From Patescibacteria group bacterium (GTDB lineage: Bacteria > Patescibacteriota > Minisyncoccia > Phycocordibacterales > PALSA-1337), in assembly GCA_040384285.1 (NCBI GenBank), contig JAZKJN010000006.1, forward strand, positions 46,709 through 110,708: a DNA stretch of 64,000 bases, written 5' to 3'. Within the stretch, counting starts at the first letter, position 1. Each line of letters opens with the position of its first letter. Shown here in pieces: positions 63,285 to 64,000 of this stretch. The notes under the pieces are model-generated. The model did not search any database and was not told the origin of the DNA. It saw only the letters and a list, made by a program, of their open reading frames with translations. Both the position numbers and the translations under genes were made by a program.

Positions 63285-64000
63285 TTATTCTATAAATTTT
63301 AAAACTGAAAAGCCTCGGTGATCCCCTGTGGCGAAATAGAAGGTGGAGTAGTCACACGCCATCTTTACAGAGTCCACACCAAGCGATGTTTCAAAAAGTT
63401 TTGTGGCAAAAGTGGAATCCCATACCTGAAACTGCGCGCTCGGAGCATGCGTTAAAAGAAACACATACGGTGGCCGGAGAATTGATCCATACACCCCGCC
63501 AGGAATATCGCGCGAAAGCCTCTGCGATATATCGGTACTTGTAGGAAAAATAAATGCTTCGTGATTGCCCGACACATTGAAACCTCCCACCGTCCTCCCC
63601 AGAGTAAGTGCCCCTTCAAAATATTCCAGTGTCTTCCCTTCCTGCGTCTGCCATCCCGAAGGTGAAAAGGAATCGATGAGAACAGGAGCACTCGGAACTG
63701 AAACATCGAGCATACGTAGTTGCAAATTATTTGAGTCAGCGAGATAGGCAATATGGTCTCGCACGTAGATATCATTGATCAAGGTATTTGTCTCAAAACT
63801 TCCCACAAACGCCGGCGATGAAATATTTGAAACATCAATAACAAAGAACTCAGGACCTACCCATTTTTCCGTACCAAGATATATGAGTCCGTCTTTATAA
63901 AAAATTGCAGTGGCAAAAGGCGGAGTCGTAGAAGGTGTAGGCGTAGGCAATCGAAAACTCGCAAGAAGAGCCGGATGTGTACGATCTGCTATATCAATAA
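63285..64000 (-). CDS. LVIVD-repeat beta-propeller protein (5' end outside window)
   Basis: YLGT..FFVIDVSN..SP, AYLA...LRMLDVS.PSAP repeats. Confidence 0.8.
   Translation of the reverse strand, partial: IDIADRTHPALLASFRLPTPTPSTTPPFATAIFYKDGLIYLGTEKWVGPEFFVIDVSNISSPAFVGSFETNTLINDIYVRDHIAYLADSNNLQLRMLDVSVPSAPVLIDSFSPSGWQTQEGKTLEYFEGALTLGRTVGGFNVSGNHEAFIFPTSTDISQRLSRDIPGGVYGSILRPPYVFLLTHAPSAQFQVWDSTFATKLFETSLGVDSVKMACDYSTFYFATGDHRGFSVLKFIE

Noticed and set aside
1-64000. CRISPR array, cas genes, reverse transcriptase/DGR, transposase, integrase or prophage
   Set aside because: No regularly spaced direct repeats and no ORF with the relevant motifs were seen
1-64000. Alternative genetic code (UGA=Gly as in Gracilibacteria/Absconditabacteria)
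   Set aside because: Conserved genes are intact in code 11, and TGA ends full-length genes such as aroQ and purC

Overview
Bacterial chromosomal window read in standard code 11. The gene repertoire (split transketolase, short DnaX, PIF1-like helicase, 7TM histidine kinases, LVIVD/pilin-like genes, many orphan ORFs) suggests Patescibacteria/CPR, probably Parcubacteria; this is inference, not a database result. It carries housekeeping genes (gap, rpe, rpiB, tktN, ndh, serS, dnaX, topA, parB, miaA, dprA, dus, lexA), tRNA-Gln, tRNA-Leu and tRNA-Trp, and a complete type I restriction-modification locus. No CRISPR array, transposase, integrase or prophage was recognised. The strongest candidates for undescribed biology are: (1) a ~350-nt promoter- and terminator-bounded, nested-stem non-coding RNA beside an atypical stand-alone MutS-like ATPase; (2) a type I RM operon whose HsdM carries an N-terminal HTH with a palindrome over its own -35, plus two cargo genes (beta-flower-like and coiled-coil/2TM) between hsdS and hsdR; (3) an AT-rich cassette of two acyltransferases and a HAD phosphatase wedged between two divergent 7TM histidine kinases, one lacking its ATPase domain; (4) a cloverleaf-like sRNA ending in CCA, convergent with a RelE/PBECR-like nuclease; (5) several more orphan structured sRNAs and a tricistronic acidic micro-peptide operon. 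All RNA structures and family calls were made by eye and need computational confirmation.
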